A stretch of DNA of 64,000 nucleotides from the NCBI GenBank assembly GCA_036850965.1, contig JAZGQO010000011.1, forward strand, positions 61,751,281-61,815,280. The letters run 5' to 3'. This document shows positions 1-12,600 of the stretch, piece after piece. Position numbers and translations under genes: made by a program. This DNA comes from Patella caerulea (taxonomy: Eukaryota). The notes below the pieces were generated by a model. The model made no database searches and was not told where the DNA came from. It saw nothing but the letters and a program-made list of their open reading frames with translations. The stretch's first letter is position 1. Each line of letters begins with the position of its first letter.

Positions 1-60
1 CGTTGGGTATTGTAATACACAGAAGACTTTCACCAGAGCAGCGGCGATGGTAGTTCACCT

Positions 61-222
61 CTGGGTCCTGATTCTCGAAATCTTAACAAAAGATAAAATC
101 CAAATTTTAGTAGATACTTCAATTTTGATTGGCTAAGCTCTAAAATCAAATCTATATTATCCAATCAAATTACTAAAATTTGGATTTTATCTTAGTTAAA
201 ATTTCGTGAATCAGGGCCCTGG
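61..222. mobile_element. MITE family 1 copy (palindromic, about 165 bp, termini CCAGGGCC...GGCCCTGG)
   Basis: Near-perfect internal palindrome (ttcgagaaatcttaac...gttaaaatttcgtgaa). Four copies in the window share more than 85 percent identity. Confidence 0.7.
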
Positions 223-414
223 ACGTAGATCTCATTATGGCGAGTGTAAATATAAGACCTACGTTCAGAGCTGAACTACTGTGACCGTCGAACTTCAATT
301 GTTAAAGATCTGTTAATCTCTCGCCTTTTCGCCATTTATTATTCTTGATGTTTTAATTTGCATTGGTTTAATTACGTTTTCATGGCTTTTAATGTTCTAA
401 TTATCACCATGTTT

Positions 415-850
415 TTATCGGTATTGATGCATTAGTTATCATTAGATTTACATCGGTATTGATGCAATAGTTATCATTAGATTTACATCGTTATTGAACC
501 ATTACTCATTATGTTTTCACTGGTTTTGACGTTTTAAATTATAGGTTTCATCGGTTTTGATATTTTACTTATCATGCTTTCACTGGTTTTGACGTTTTAA
601 ATTGCCATTAGATTTTCTGCCCAGTCTGAGCTGAACAGTAGGACACTAAACCCCATTTCATTTCATTAGGTTTTCTTTTAATTCATTTTATTATAATTAT
701 CATTTGGTTGTTTGTTTTGATGTTTTAATTATCATTAGGCTTTCTTACGTTTTAGCTTTTATATTTTAATTTTCATTTGATGTTTTAATTATCATTACGT
801 TTTTTTATTGGCTTTAACGGTTCAATTAATTTATCATTACGTTTTTCATT
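415..850. repeat. AT-rich degenerate tandem repeat (about 40-bp units)
   Basis: catcggtattgatgcattagttatcattagatttacatcggtattgatgcaatagttatcattagatttacatcg..., followed by more diverged gttttaattatcatt units. Confidence 0.6.
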
Positions 851-1206
851 AGTTTTGGTGTTGAACTGTCATTGCTTCAGTCAAAAAATTAAAAAATGTA
901 TTTTGCTTTAACGGAGCTAAATCGCTAATATTTGGGAACTAGAAATTGACCCAAATGGGCCGCAACGCATATTATGATAATGTAAATTAACTGTCGATGA
1001 ACTGATTTACATTCAATGGTTTCCGTTTTGACTCTAATTTCAAATCAGTTATGTCCAGCGAAATACGACACGAGTATCAACGTAATAGAAATTTCTAGTG
1101 ACTGGTTATGGCGTCGCCGTTTGACATGAGCTTTGGAATATGTCTAGCCTCGTTCTCTCTAGCCACTCGTAACAAATGAAGCTGAAACGGTTCGTGTACC
1201 AATGGC

Positions 1207-1207
1207 A

Positions 1208-1228
<21 letters not shown>
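1207..1228. repeat. Poly(A) tract of about 21 nt
   Basis: ggcaaaaaaaaaaaaaaaaaaaaagg. Possible retroposon tail or simple repeat. Confidence 0.7.
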
Positions 1229-1239
<11 letters not shown>

Positions 1240-4200
1240 GTATGTATTAAATATTGGATATCGGAAGCCTACATTTTCAAGGTAAGATAGCATCAATGTT
1301 GATTTGAATTGACAAACAATTCGTATTTTCAACGTGTAAGACATCAGATGATATTGGATTGGAGTCTTAACTACTTTAAAGGAGCAACTTGACCTGCCTT
1401 GAAGGAAGCTATATTTCCTATCCCTACATCAACACTGATTATATAACCAGGGGAAACTGCTGGAATTATTTTAAACCCAGAAACAAACACAAACACAGGT
1501 TGAAGTACGTCCAGGAATTCATACGATAGATTCGACACTGTTAAAAACGTATTTACACTATTTGCACAGTAAATGAACGATATGGAATAATAAGTTAAAG
1601 CGGTAGTGAACATTTCAAGGAGTTGTCGAAATCCCAAGCACTAATGTTTTGGAGCCACAGATCGTCGGAATTTCGCAGCCTGATCCCCCCCCCCTTGTCA
1701 GCCGGGCAGCACCTTGCAAGGATATAAGTCGTACACGTAAAACAAAACATTTATTGCCCCTGCCCCTGCAGAAATTCTCACGTTAAACCGATTTAAAAAG
1801 CATTTACCAGTACCACGTTCGATCAGAAAATTAATTTCTTTGATTTTGTACGCTATCCGAAATAAGCGCACACTGACCACTTCGTATATTTCAGCGTAAA
1901 GCGTTGGTCAATAATGGATAGCTGGTTGAGGTTTATTTATGGCCAAAATCAAATATGAACAAGTATGGTTAACTTGTTTAATCAATTTACATATAGCCTA
2001 CAGGTCGGTGGCACTCGCCAACCTGAAAGGGCCTCTTTAACACAGGTAACTTGACTTTAAAGAATTATTGAAAAAAATAAATAAAACAACAAAGCGTCGG
2101 GTAACAAGAACCATGACAGGATAAGCCGAGTTCTAGACATGTATTCCAAGGAATTAAAAACAAACGTATAATAATTTTAGTCTCAAAATAACTCAATTGG
2201 TTCTTTTAAAACATGAAAATAAATTAGAATTTACTATCCGCCTACAATAATACCACGGGTGTACATAGAAAGGAAGATAAGTAAAGCGTCGCCGCCCTGG
2301 CCAAATTCACCTCTTTCCTGTTCCAGTCACATAAAATAAGAATAAAAAAAAGGCGCAAATTGTTACTTCCAGACTCAAAAGTAATTTTAAAATTATTTTT
2401 TTTCACTAAGTTGACGCTATGCTATTTTATTTTAGACGGGCGAAACAAACAAAACAGCAACCTTACCTGTTTCTATTGTTTTATATCCAAATAAAAATAA
2501 TAAACACTGTTTTAAAGATCCTCTGAATTAACAATTATAACGAATTGTATAACGAATTCAATTAACTATTCCTTGTATTTTATTACAAAGCGCACTTTAA
2601 GACGGTAAGTAAAACTACCCAACTTCAGGGACGCAGACGTACAATATTCTCACGTTGGCGTCATGTCATTGCACGCGCACGTTCTTTCTGATAAGTGAGG
2701 GGTCGGGCGATGTTGTTTCCGGTACCGTCTCGCAGTGTATCGAATGTTGATATTACGTGTTACCCAAGACAATAACAAACACACTGAGTAGAACCCCAAT
2801 CATGTCGGTCACTCGAGTCGTGTCAATGTAAATTTAACTCGACGCTTGAAACACCTGAAATTTCTCGTAAATAAACAAAATGGCGGTCGAATAGTCAATA
2901 AAACAGAGAGACAGTGAATAGTCGGCCTGTAGTCAGTCAGATTCAGAATGTTGTTTCTTGTTTTCGTGTGAAACTCGTGGAAGGATGGAGATATTTCGTC
3001 CATTACATTTAAACAATTTACATTAAAACGCCCGCCTTTTTACAAAATTTCTTGAGAAAACAGTAAGACGTAATGAATTTAAATAATAGATAGTTATATG
3101 GTACCAGGAAAGCGACACTTTCATATTTAAGAAGTTTTAACTGTTTTGTAACAACAATACCATTGTACAACAAAACATTCCAGAAAAACCTTAAACTGCA
3201 ATTATTTTACTTATGGTCAACGGTCTTTTATTGTTCAAACTATGGAACAAGAACAAACTATCTTTTGATATACTATCCCGCTGTTTAGTAAATATAATAT
3301 ATATATATATTTTAAAAAAAAAACAAAAAAACCTGAGTGAACCACCGGCCCTGCACCTTCCTTACGTTTTTGTTTAGGGGCGTGTGTGTTTATACTGTGG
3401 AGGAGGGGAAAGCGCGCCATCTACGAGTGACATTTCTAATTCTATTCCCTAAAATTCCTCTGACCTTGGCTCCGTGTGAGCATATGATATTCACATATAC
3501 TCCAGATGATATTTTAAGTATCACAATAGGTCGATCCAGTTGTAAGATCTCTGGGAGAAACCCACGAGGTTAGACATGTGACGATATACATGTACTCCTT
3601 ACCACGTACACACCTTATAATACATTCGGCCACCCTATAGTAGTGGTTATAAGTTTTATAATGGAAAGTGCTACAGAACTTTGACAATGGTATATAGAGT
3701 CATGATATAACAGAAAATGTACCCAGTCGTCCGAATGGGACACAGAATCGAGGTTCACATTAACTTGTAAGTAGAAGCAATCGATGAGGAATAGTCGAAA
3801 AATCATTTTATTAGTTAAAGGTGTTTGTATAAAAGTTCGGGGTCATCAGGGGTTAGAACTCCTTCAATCCATGTCCAGATTGCACTGAAGTAGTGGGGTG
3901 GGGGTTAATACAAGATTCGAGGTGGGTTAAACAGGAATTTGTGGAGATTAGTCATGCAGGTGACCCCCAAACACAGGATCGATCCAATACCTTGCATTTG
4001 GCTCGGTGATTAAGATTCTGGATCACCTCCCTAACCTTGGAGATTGTTTTCGAAATATCTCCCCTGCTTTCGCCTTCAGTGGTGCATGGAGAGAGAGAGT
4101 GAGAGAGGGGGAGAGAGGAGAAAACCCACGAGGTTGGACAGGCTACCCTTCTCCTTGTCACGTACAACCGGTGACAGGCTTTATGATACCAGTGGTGCAG

Positions 4201-4244
4201 AACGTAGAACCTATCAATGAAAAGTATCTAGTCGTTTAGATGGT

Positions 4245-4500
4245 ACGAAAACCCGTGGTACTCAGGTTTATTCTGGTGTACCCGCAAAATAAATGAAATG
4301 AGGTTTAACGTCCTACTATTCTGCTCTTACTGGGCTAATGAAGACGGGCATACACCATACTGTGCGCTATGAGGGGAATTGTGCACGGTCAGTGGCACTA
4401 TGGACTACTCTTATGTCTAATTCTGCTAATGAAAATTTTACGTGCACGCCAATTTTTACTCGAGACGTCGGTTTTCCATGCCATCAGAGCGACTAGACAG
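4245..4500 (-). mobile_element. SINE-B copy, minus orientation
   Basis: aaatgaaatgaggtttaacgtcctactattctgctcttactgggctaatgaagacgggcatacaccatactgtgcgctatgaggggaattgtgcacggtcagtggcactatgg... is the reverse complement of the SINE-B consensus. Confidence 0.65.
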
Positions 4501-4926
4501 CTGTACTTGTCGGGCCCTCTTGAAAGTTGGAATTTGATGATTAACCTGCGGAAACTCCGCTCCCCGTGCAAATTTTCCCCCATAATACACAAGCTCGGTT
4601 GGTGCGAAATATCTTATTTCATGTTAGACACCCACCCTGTAATTATTCATATGGTAATTTTCAGATGATAGTAATAGTTACTGCTGAAGCTGCCGTTTTT
4701 ATTCTGCAGAGTAAGTATACTGTTACGGGGTTTAAAGTCTTTTTAACACAATACTTTGGTCATTTTGGGACTACGGGGGCGTTTCATTGTATGAGTTGTC
4801 AAAAATTCTTCATGCTCTGTCATCTACACGACACTCGTTCCTACCTGTTGCGGTGGCAACGTAAAGGGGAAAGGGGTATCCCTTATCGACGTGCATAATA
4901 AGTTTTAAAATATATGTATGAACATT

Positions 4927-5127
4927 TTATTCGAAGCCAGGGAGCCACGGTGGCTCAGTGAGTAAGGCGTTAGTTCTCGCTATCCTGGAGGTCCCATGTT
5001 CGATCTCTGAGTTGGCCAAGATTGACCAAGGGATTTTTCGGTGCGGTTCCTGTGGGACTGAGGGCCTGGCAATGGACGAACCATAGTCTTTGTGATGGGA
5101 CGAAAACCTGGGGTTCCGTTTACACAT
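4927..5127 (+). mobile_element. tRNA-derived SINE-C head (not an intact tRNA gene)
   Basis: gccagggagccacggtggctcagtgagtaaggcg...ggaggtcccatgttcgatctc has A-box/B-box-like motifs but an extended non-cloverleaf body. Related heads at 20505..20690 (gctgtagctcagtgagtaagacactggattgctaatcttgaggtcctgggtttgcttcc), 38040..38150, 31190..31270 and 51600..51680. Confidence 0.5.
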
Positions 5128-7683
5128 TAACGAATGTGTAAAAATCTCTTGTCAGTTTAATAAATCCCCCATGGCACACCGTATGGCGTTAAACTCATTT
5201 TTTTTCTCTTTACTTATCCTTGCTAAGACGTGATTATTTTGCTTATTGCGTTCCCTTTCAGGAAATACTCCAGATTTCGCCGAAAATGTTCTGTAAGACA
5301 ATTTAAAATATCCTCTACCGTTCTCCTGCTGCGCCACTCTCTGGATAGGTCAAACTATGGAAGAATGCCGCCTCTTATTTTATGTTTCTAGAAAAGCTGA
5401 TAATTTAAGGAGAAAGAAACAGAAACATTTACTTGACGAAAGAATGACAATCTGAACTATTTCAACCTTTTGCTTTTTACATGGGTCACCGGAAAATGCA
5501 AGTTGACACAACCAAATTGCGGGCAAAAAATATCGGCCATTGTTTAGTTGTCGGTGAATTTCCGTCACGTTGCTTGTTAAACAGACGAACAATGAGTCAT
5601 GTGATCATGAAACTTGTTAGCAAATATTTTACACCATTTCATTAAATAAAACAAAATCTATCGTTAAAGTTTATTGCATTTAAGGAAAGGTCCACGTTTC
5701 AATTACTTTAAAGTAATTTCTTTAAAAATGAATTAAAAATGGATAACAAAAAAAATTAATTAAAAATCGATAACAAAATTTTTTTAATAATTCATATTAG
5801 GCCTCATTAAAAAAAAAAAATAATAATAATCAGGCGCCACGGTGAGTAGGGCGCGTGCTCTTTTCTTGCCAGTGGCAAAGGACGGGATGGGGTGGGTGGC
5901 CCGGTACTTTCACCAATATTCAGCGCTTTAAATATATAATGTATATGTTGTTTATTTTTATAATTATTAACCTACTGGGAATCCTTGTAGGCCTATTTAA
6001 GCCCATGGTCTGAAATTCAAAAAATTATTTTCGAGTGGCCTACATGTGTTGACATTGAAGGAGTCACGTCGAATTGGTATATACAGTGTATTTTATATTC
6101 TTTTCGAACTTACGCCCTGGGTTCTATTTTAGAAGAAATGTTTCATCCAGGGGCGTAAATGTGGGAGGGGGTGTGGGTGTGGGGGGTGGTACACCCCCCA
6201 GCCAAAAAAATAGTCGGTCGCAAAATCAGTGCAGTCGGTCGCAAAATAGGAGTAGCCGGTATCAAAATAAGTACTCACTGTATACGCCACGCTACTCACG
6301 TAAAATTTTAGTATAGAAATAGTCGGTCGCGAAATCAGTGCAGTCGGTCGCAAAATAAGAGCAGTCTTTAGTATGAAATAACCTTGTCAACTTATGTTTG
6401 AAAAGATGTTTTGTTCACTCTCATTCTGTTGTGAGTCTATTTGGTCTAACAACAAAATTTCACCCAGGGAGAAATATAGTCGGTCTCAAAATAAGTGCAG
6501 TCACTGCAGTAGGTCTCAAACACAATGCCAGAATATATCCCGAATACTATATATTGGCGTTAATCCGCGAGCCCAAATTGCATACGTCACTCTCATTCTG
6601 TTGTGAGTATGTTGGTCTAACAACAAAATTTCACCCAGGCACTCGATTCCATTTTTAAATCATTCTTCTACTCCTCAGTTGTTTAATACTGTCTCAGCAC
6701 TATCGTATTCACGATAATAGTGAACTGCTCGGTTTATAGTACCACTGGTGTGTGGGCGGGGTCGTCAGATTGCACAGATGTGATGCCAACTCTTGCAAAA
6801 CACATCTGTGATTCTGTCCCATTGACTGACATTTCTGGTCCACTCGTCCACAAGAATTTCTCCCAGAAATTACCTCAAATGCGAGGATTTGAATTAAGTT
6901 TTCTAAATTTTCTCAAATTACTCAGTGTTATAGGAGGCGAAATCATTAATATGACTTAAACTATGCCTATGTGAACTTAAATAAAACTACTTTCCGACGA
7001 GACAACGATCGGCGAACAACTACACAATTATATAATGATATCTGTGAGTATTCTGTTTACTTTCATTGTGAGGTGGGAATGTGGATGGCGCCCTAGATTT
7101 GAAACCGCCCCTACCCCACCCCATATTCCCTAAAAATCTGCACGTGGCTATTATTATAGTCATAGAGGATTAGAAGTTTAGGCCTTATAATATCACGTTC
7201 GACCATGGACCTTATAATAATACATGGTTTGACATGCATTGGAAAAAAGAGAACCTTTGGTAGTTGAAATTCGATTGTAAGGCGAAAAAATTTCCCCTAT
7301 GCGCTGTGCAGTTTGATAAGCCCGTTTTCATTATCCGGGTTGGTGCGAAAAAAAAGGAAAAAATAATTAACCATGTACAACAAAAATCCGCGAGTAGTCT
7401 AGAGTATATAATAAAAAACTCTCTAGACACTTATACCACCCCATCTTTCCTCATGAACATTGTAAAACTTTATTGGACGCTTTTCATTTCATATTTCATT
7501 TGCCAGGGCATTGTGCGGAACTATCGAGCTCCTTAAATTTGTATATCCCGCGTGTTCTACCCGGACAGCTCTCTAGTAAAAAAGATGCATAAAGACTATG
7601 TTGATGTAGGTGGGGTTGTTCGTTGTTGTGCAATAACAAATAATTTGTGCTGACTGCTAGAATTAATCTGAATTCTTGTATAG

Positions 7684-7799
7684 ATCGTCTGTATTTAGAA
7701 GCTGATGAAACTTATGGACATAACTTGCACGTTGTTTCAGAATACGATGTTTTAGTCAAAGCAAAGTTATATTCTGAAGAGAAGACATTCTATCTGCAG
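7684..7799 (+). other. TEP1: Candidate upstream TEP1 exon (5'UTR or N-terminal-repeat exon)
   Basis: Acceptor ttgtatAG at 7682-83 and strong donor CAG|GTAACA at 7800. Open frame IDRLYLEADETYGHNLHVVSEYDVLVKAKLYSEEKTFYLQ with no ATG. Same strand, 1.7 kb upstream of the ATG exon, whose own 5' end is an acceptor. Confidence 0.3.
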
Positions 7800-8114
7800 G
7801 TAACAAATGAGATTATTATTTACTACTAATATAGAGGCCACCGCCGGTTATTTGCCCAGTTCGATTTTTTTTTTTCAATTGACTTCGTTATAAACTCTAT
7901 GGGTTTGTTTTTTTTTTTTTGTAAATTTTAATGTAACATTTCTATTGCATATATTATATATAATACCCATTAATTAAAGCAGCATCATTTTAAGATTGTG
8001 CAATTAGCCTTTACCCACAGCACATCAAAAAATTTTCTAAAGTAAAGTTGATTTAAGTTCTTGGTGAGATGTGCGATTTCAAGGATGTGGGCCCGACGTG
8101 GTCTCACACAACTT

Positions 8115-8370
8115 AAGGAAATGAAATGAAATAAAATGGGGGTTAACCATTCTTCTGCTCTTATATAAGCGGTGCTAATGAATACGGGCATACACCACAC
8201 AGCGTGCTATGAGGGAAATTTTGCCTGGGTCTACTCATATATCAAATTCCAACTGCCAAGGGATCTTTTATGTGCACGCCAATCTGTACATGGGACCTCA
8301 GTTTTCCATCCTATCCGAATGACTAGACAGCTGTCTTTGTCATGCGCTCCGTCCTGCATCACTGACAAGG
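8115..8370 (-). mobile_element. SINE-B copy, minus orientation
   Basis: ggaaatgaaatgaaataaaatgggggttaaccattcttctgctcttatataagcggtgctaatgaatacgggcatacaccacacagcgtgctatgagggaaattttgcc... Confidence 0.65.
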
Positions 8371-8476
8371 GGAAATCACACCGGAAAATCTGGATGAAAG
8401 TGAGGGTGAAAATTCGTCGATAGAGCCTATGGCCAGGTTCCTATAGTATTTGCCTCCGAGAAGATATTGACTATAT

Positions 8477-8790
8477 TTTGAAAGAGAGAGAGATATAAAT
8501 GGGGTTTAACTTTTAACGTCCACTTGACACAAACTAAATCATTTTGGAACTAAAACATGTGTCAATTTTATTTCAATAATTCACTTGCGCCTAGGATCTT
8601 AAGCTGTGGGAGTAAACTAGATTACCTGGAGAAAACCCACAAGGTTGGACAGGCAACACTTCTCCTTGTCATGTACAACTGGGGAATCAAAAACATGCCA
8701 TTTGACTCTATGATAGGCCGTATGATACAGGACGCATGTGCTAACCATTTGGCCATGCAATCCCCCAATTATATTTTGAAGACATTACAT
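8477..8790 (-). mobile_element. SINE-A copy, minus orientation
   Basis: gagagagagatataaatggggtttaacttttaacgtccacttgacacaaactaaatcattttggaactaaaacatgtg...ggagaaaacccacaaggttggacaggcaacacttctccttgtcatgtacaac is the reverse complement of the family. Confidence 0.7.
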
Positions 8791-9514
8791 TGTACATACA
8801 ATAGTGAACTCGGTAATATAAAAATATTTAAGGTATGGTCGGTAGGTTTTTGTATTGTTCGACATTTGCATTGAAAATCAAATTGCAATATATTGCATTA
8901 GGTTAATGAACAATATGGGCATATTGCATCATATTGTGAAATCTACATCTACCAGACAATCCACATGTTCTTATTGCTGACGAGGTGTGAATTAAAACTA
9001 TTACCGGTATGCATCATATTCAAGAAGTTCAATTTTTAGAATTTAATATTTTAATCAAGTCATAATTTTTCAGTACAACTTTTTGTAAAAACTTTTTTTT
9101 GCATTCTTTAAAGAGGAATTGTAAAATTTGGAATAAAAGGTAAATGTTATTAATATTGGACGCTTCAGCCATTCTTTTTAAGGTACTGAGACTCAAGAGA
9201 CTGAATCACTGAAACTTGATCTACATGTAGAAGAGTTTTTTGTCGTCCACCTTGTGATTTTAAGTGGATTGAAATGTAGGAATCGGATAAAACTCTACCT
9301 GTCAAAGTCTCAATTTATGGACATTAAATCCCAATCATATTTCTGTGATTGCGACAATTGCTTTATTTCCAATCTTGATAGTGCAAATTTGTGGATCGTT
9401 ATAGATTTTAAAATGATGTTCTGTTGAGGATGTCGGAATAAAAGCAGGTCTTCAACTTAACTTTGATCAGCTGATTTTTTTGTCATTTTTTATTTCAGAT
9501 AGATAGATTACATA

Positions 9515-9602
9515 ATGACGAACAGACTGTCAACACAGAATTCTCTGTTGACCAGTCTGACACAAAACAAGCCGTTGTTAACCAGTTCATTGTTATCATC
9601 TG
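9515..9602 (+). CDS. TEP1: TEP1 coding exon 1 (start codon)
   Basis: ATG 9515 is the first in-frame ATG after TAG 9500-02. Translation [29 protein letters not shown]. Donor TG|GTAAGC at 9603, phase 1. An acceptor tatttcAG at 9497-98 implies the exon starts at 9499 with an upstream 5'UTR exon. Confidence 0.5.
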
Positions 9603-12600
9603 GTAAGCTCATTTACATCTTGTTAAAAACGATTTGTGAGAGATGCTATGAATTTTTCTCTAATTTATGGCGGGGTTCCTGGTTCTATCCTTGTGTTGAC
9701 TTCCATTTTTTTCCAGTCTGCTTTCAGTAAAAATGACCTTTTGTTGGTTTCAAAGTAGCAAAAGTAATGTGATTTTTATTTCAGGTTCAACATCGTCCGG
9801 CTCCACACAAAATGAAAAAGATGCCAGAAAACGCAAATCACGAGTAACCTTCGATTGCGAAACAAAGAAAGTCAGAGAAATATCAAAGTTGTCAGACACT
9901 TTTGGTACTAATTTACGACTGACTTCATTAAATCTTGGAAGTTCGTTGTTAACTTCGGGACTGTCATTGACTTCTTCTTTGACAACTGGGTCATTATTGG
10001 GATCACCGTCCAAATCGGTTAGTTTTAGGTCAAGTTATTTGAACTCTGTTTCAAAAGATACAAGCAAGGAATCATCCAAGATAGGTCTAGTTCATGACAA
10101 TAGGTCAAAAGTCAAAGATCAAAGTATTAAATCTCCTGTCACGAAACGTAAAGAGAATGCATTGTCCAAGTTGTCGCCAGAGTCTAGAAAGGTGGTGAAA
10201 AAGAAGGAAAGGAAAGGTGATAGAATAAAACACGAGGTAGCCGTGAAATATTACAGCATCGAATATCCTCAATACAACCTACAGCGTGACAGTGTCGTCA
10301 AAGAGATACACTTACCCAAATTTTTACCACCCAAAAAAGACCGAAATTTACTTGGTAATATTCACAGACCATTACAGGATGTTAATGGACTGAAGGTGAG
10401 TTGTCTTTCCTTGAAGAGGGAGTTACATGTAGTTTTATCTTAAATTTAGTCGGACGACTCTGAGTTAAATTTATGCCCCTTTCTGGAAGGTAAACAGCTA
10501 GAATCTGCTAAATGCACATGAATCGGGGGTAACGTGTGCAAGACTAACTAAAACGTGAGCTCCATCTACCAGTGTGCACTAAAAGCACATGACAGTTGGA
10601 TTTCTATGAAGAGCAGCTATGGAAATAATTTGTTCCTGCCAAATTTTTCTTTCAAGCATGGCATACGTGACTACATGAAAAGAACTATACATTAATCTCA
10701 AAATTACCAGAGTGTTGTGCAGAGTGGAGCTGCTTTCCTTTTATTTTATAAAACAAAATATAATAATTTCCTACCATTGCACATGTGACCATATGAAATC
10801 AATTATATGTTAGTCTCAAAATGACCAGATGTTAAACTACTTTTAGAATGGTCCTAAAAAATTCTCCTGACAAATTGACCAATATCGTCGGTGGGGAGTC
10901 AAAAGGTCGTTTTGAAAAATTCACTTTTTTGCTTCTTCAGGAAGAGAAATTTAATGCGCACCTTTTCATCTGGTTGTCATATTTCTAAGCCAATAAAAAG
11001 TGGTTTTATAGATACTGTTTCAAAATGTCGTATATGGGGTGTTCCAAAAAAAAAAAATCAACTTTGTGTCTAACCTGAGCATTACAATCAAACGAAATAT
11101 AGTCAGTATTGTTTTGTGATTAAATACATATTATTAAAGATTATTGTTGAGGCGCTACTGTGTGAAATCTATGAATTTGAAGCAGTGAAAGGTGCATATT
11201 TTCAGGAGATACGTCTTTGCTGTAGAAAATTGCAAATAACAAGCTTTCACTCTTTATGTGTGCCGATAGTTACATACTGTTTAAATGGCTATATATACAT
11301 TTTGTAAATGGTTATTTGAGAAAATCTTCAGAAATACAACATTTTACATACAATATTTTTATGTATTGGTTTTTTAAGACATTTTGATTCTTAACGTCTG
11401 TGCTAGTTTTGGCTCTCCTGGACAAGTTTGCAAAATCCAGATATAACCTTTTCATTCCTTGCCTTTCTTATCCTACATGTATTTTGCCTTTCTTATCCTA
11501 CATGTATCTTGTATGAGATAAATATAACAGTGAGAATATAAATGTGTTGTTGTTTCAGCTTGGTTTGATAAATGCTGTCAGCGCTTCGTTAATAAGTCAA
11601 CCCAACTTTAAAAATGCGAATGATCAAACTCGTCTTGATTTAACTCGCTTCACAGAGAAAGTCATCTCCTACGATGCCGAGTTTGTTTTAAAGGTGAGCA
11701 CAAATATATATATAAGGCATACAAAAAAATTAATAGTCTGGTTGTCAGAGACTTACGAATTCAACCTGAAATATTTTATATAGTTACTTCCCCTTAACAT
11801 TGATTTTGAATGCGCTGTAAGAAATGAGAATAACCCACTGAACTGGGTGGGTGGTATGAATGACATCGCAGATAGGGACCATCGTGCCCAAACAAATAAC
11901 CCACTGAACTGGATGGGTGGTATAAATGCCTACCGCGGATTGAAATCATCATGCCCAAAGGAATAATTCATAGAGCTGGGAGAGTTATTAGAATGACAAA
12001 GTGGATAAAAAAATGATGAATTAAATGTTGAATAGGTTGATTATTAATTTATATTTTTTGTGTTTTGTAATTTAGGTGGCGCTGTACACAAGAAAAGAAT
12101 TAAATATTCGTACAACTAGTAACTTCCTTCTCGCTCTTGCCGCTAAAGTATCGTCTTGTCGGCCATATTTAAAGAAATATTTTTCTATAGCCATCAACCT
12201 GCCATCTGATTGGATAGAAGTAGCAGAGATTTATCAGGTAATTATTGTGCAGGAATATATTCCGTGCTGTATTGATTTATAACGATTAACATTGTCTAAT
12301 GGGTGTGCTTTGAATCAGTCAGTCTGTCAATGAGTCAGCTGGCATGGTTTTGATGCCCTGGGATTGCCTGGTGGTCTAGATTGTCACGCATCAAGGTCAA
12401 GCTTTAGCTGGCCTGCGACCTCTGGCTTGTGGTTGTGGTTTTGATCCCTGGCGTGAGCATATGTGGCTTGGAGAAAGAGGCGTTTTTTCACCCGCATATG
12501 TTTACTCTGGTTTCCTTCCACAGGAAAGACCCCTGCGCATGGAAGCAGATGTTATATACTGATAGAAGAAGTTGCAATTACTGATTGCAGTTAACATTAA

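Noticed and set aside
4369-4898. Plus-strand ORFs of 99 and 110 aa upstream of TEP1
   Set aside because: They lie within or adjacent to SINE-B and SINE-A copies (4085..4500), with no splice context or homology. Similar ORFs occur at other SINE copies (8172..8423, 23244..23501, 48042..48341, 45957..46154).
4927-5127. Possible tRNA gene (A-box and B-box motifs)
   Set aside because: The body between the boxes is too long and continues into a SINE-like 3' region. Related copies at 20505, 38040, 31190 and 51600 show it is a dispersed tRNA-derived SINE head rather than a functional tRNA. It would need tRNAscan to be sure.
6200-6660. Dispersed direct repeats (agtcggtcgcaaaatcagtgcagtcggtcgcaaaata units; duplicated 50-bp ctcattctgttgtgagt..ttggtctaacaacaaaatttcacccagg) with small ORFs
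   Set aside because: They look like an uncharacterised repeat with internal subrepeats. There is no coding or structural-RNA evidence, and the family cannot be defined from this window alone.
9717-9784. Treating 9717..9784 as coding (exon 2 starting at the 9715-16 acceptor)
   Set aside because: It was not adopted as the primary model because the segment is pyrimidine-rich with intron-like composition, and because ATG 9515 with an upstream in-frame stop gives a clean start. It is kept as an alternative in the findings since it would preserve the IDRL frame.
9750-10013. 87-aa minus-strand ORF antisense to TEP1 exon 2
   Set aside because: The low-complexity sense exon (S/T/L codons) automatically yields an open antisense frame. 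The sense frame is bounded by consensus splice sites and in phase with flanking TEP1 exons.
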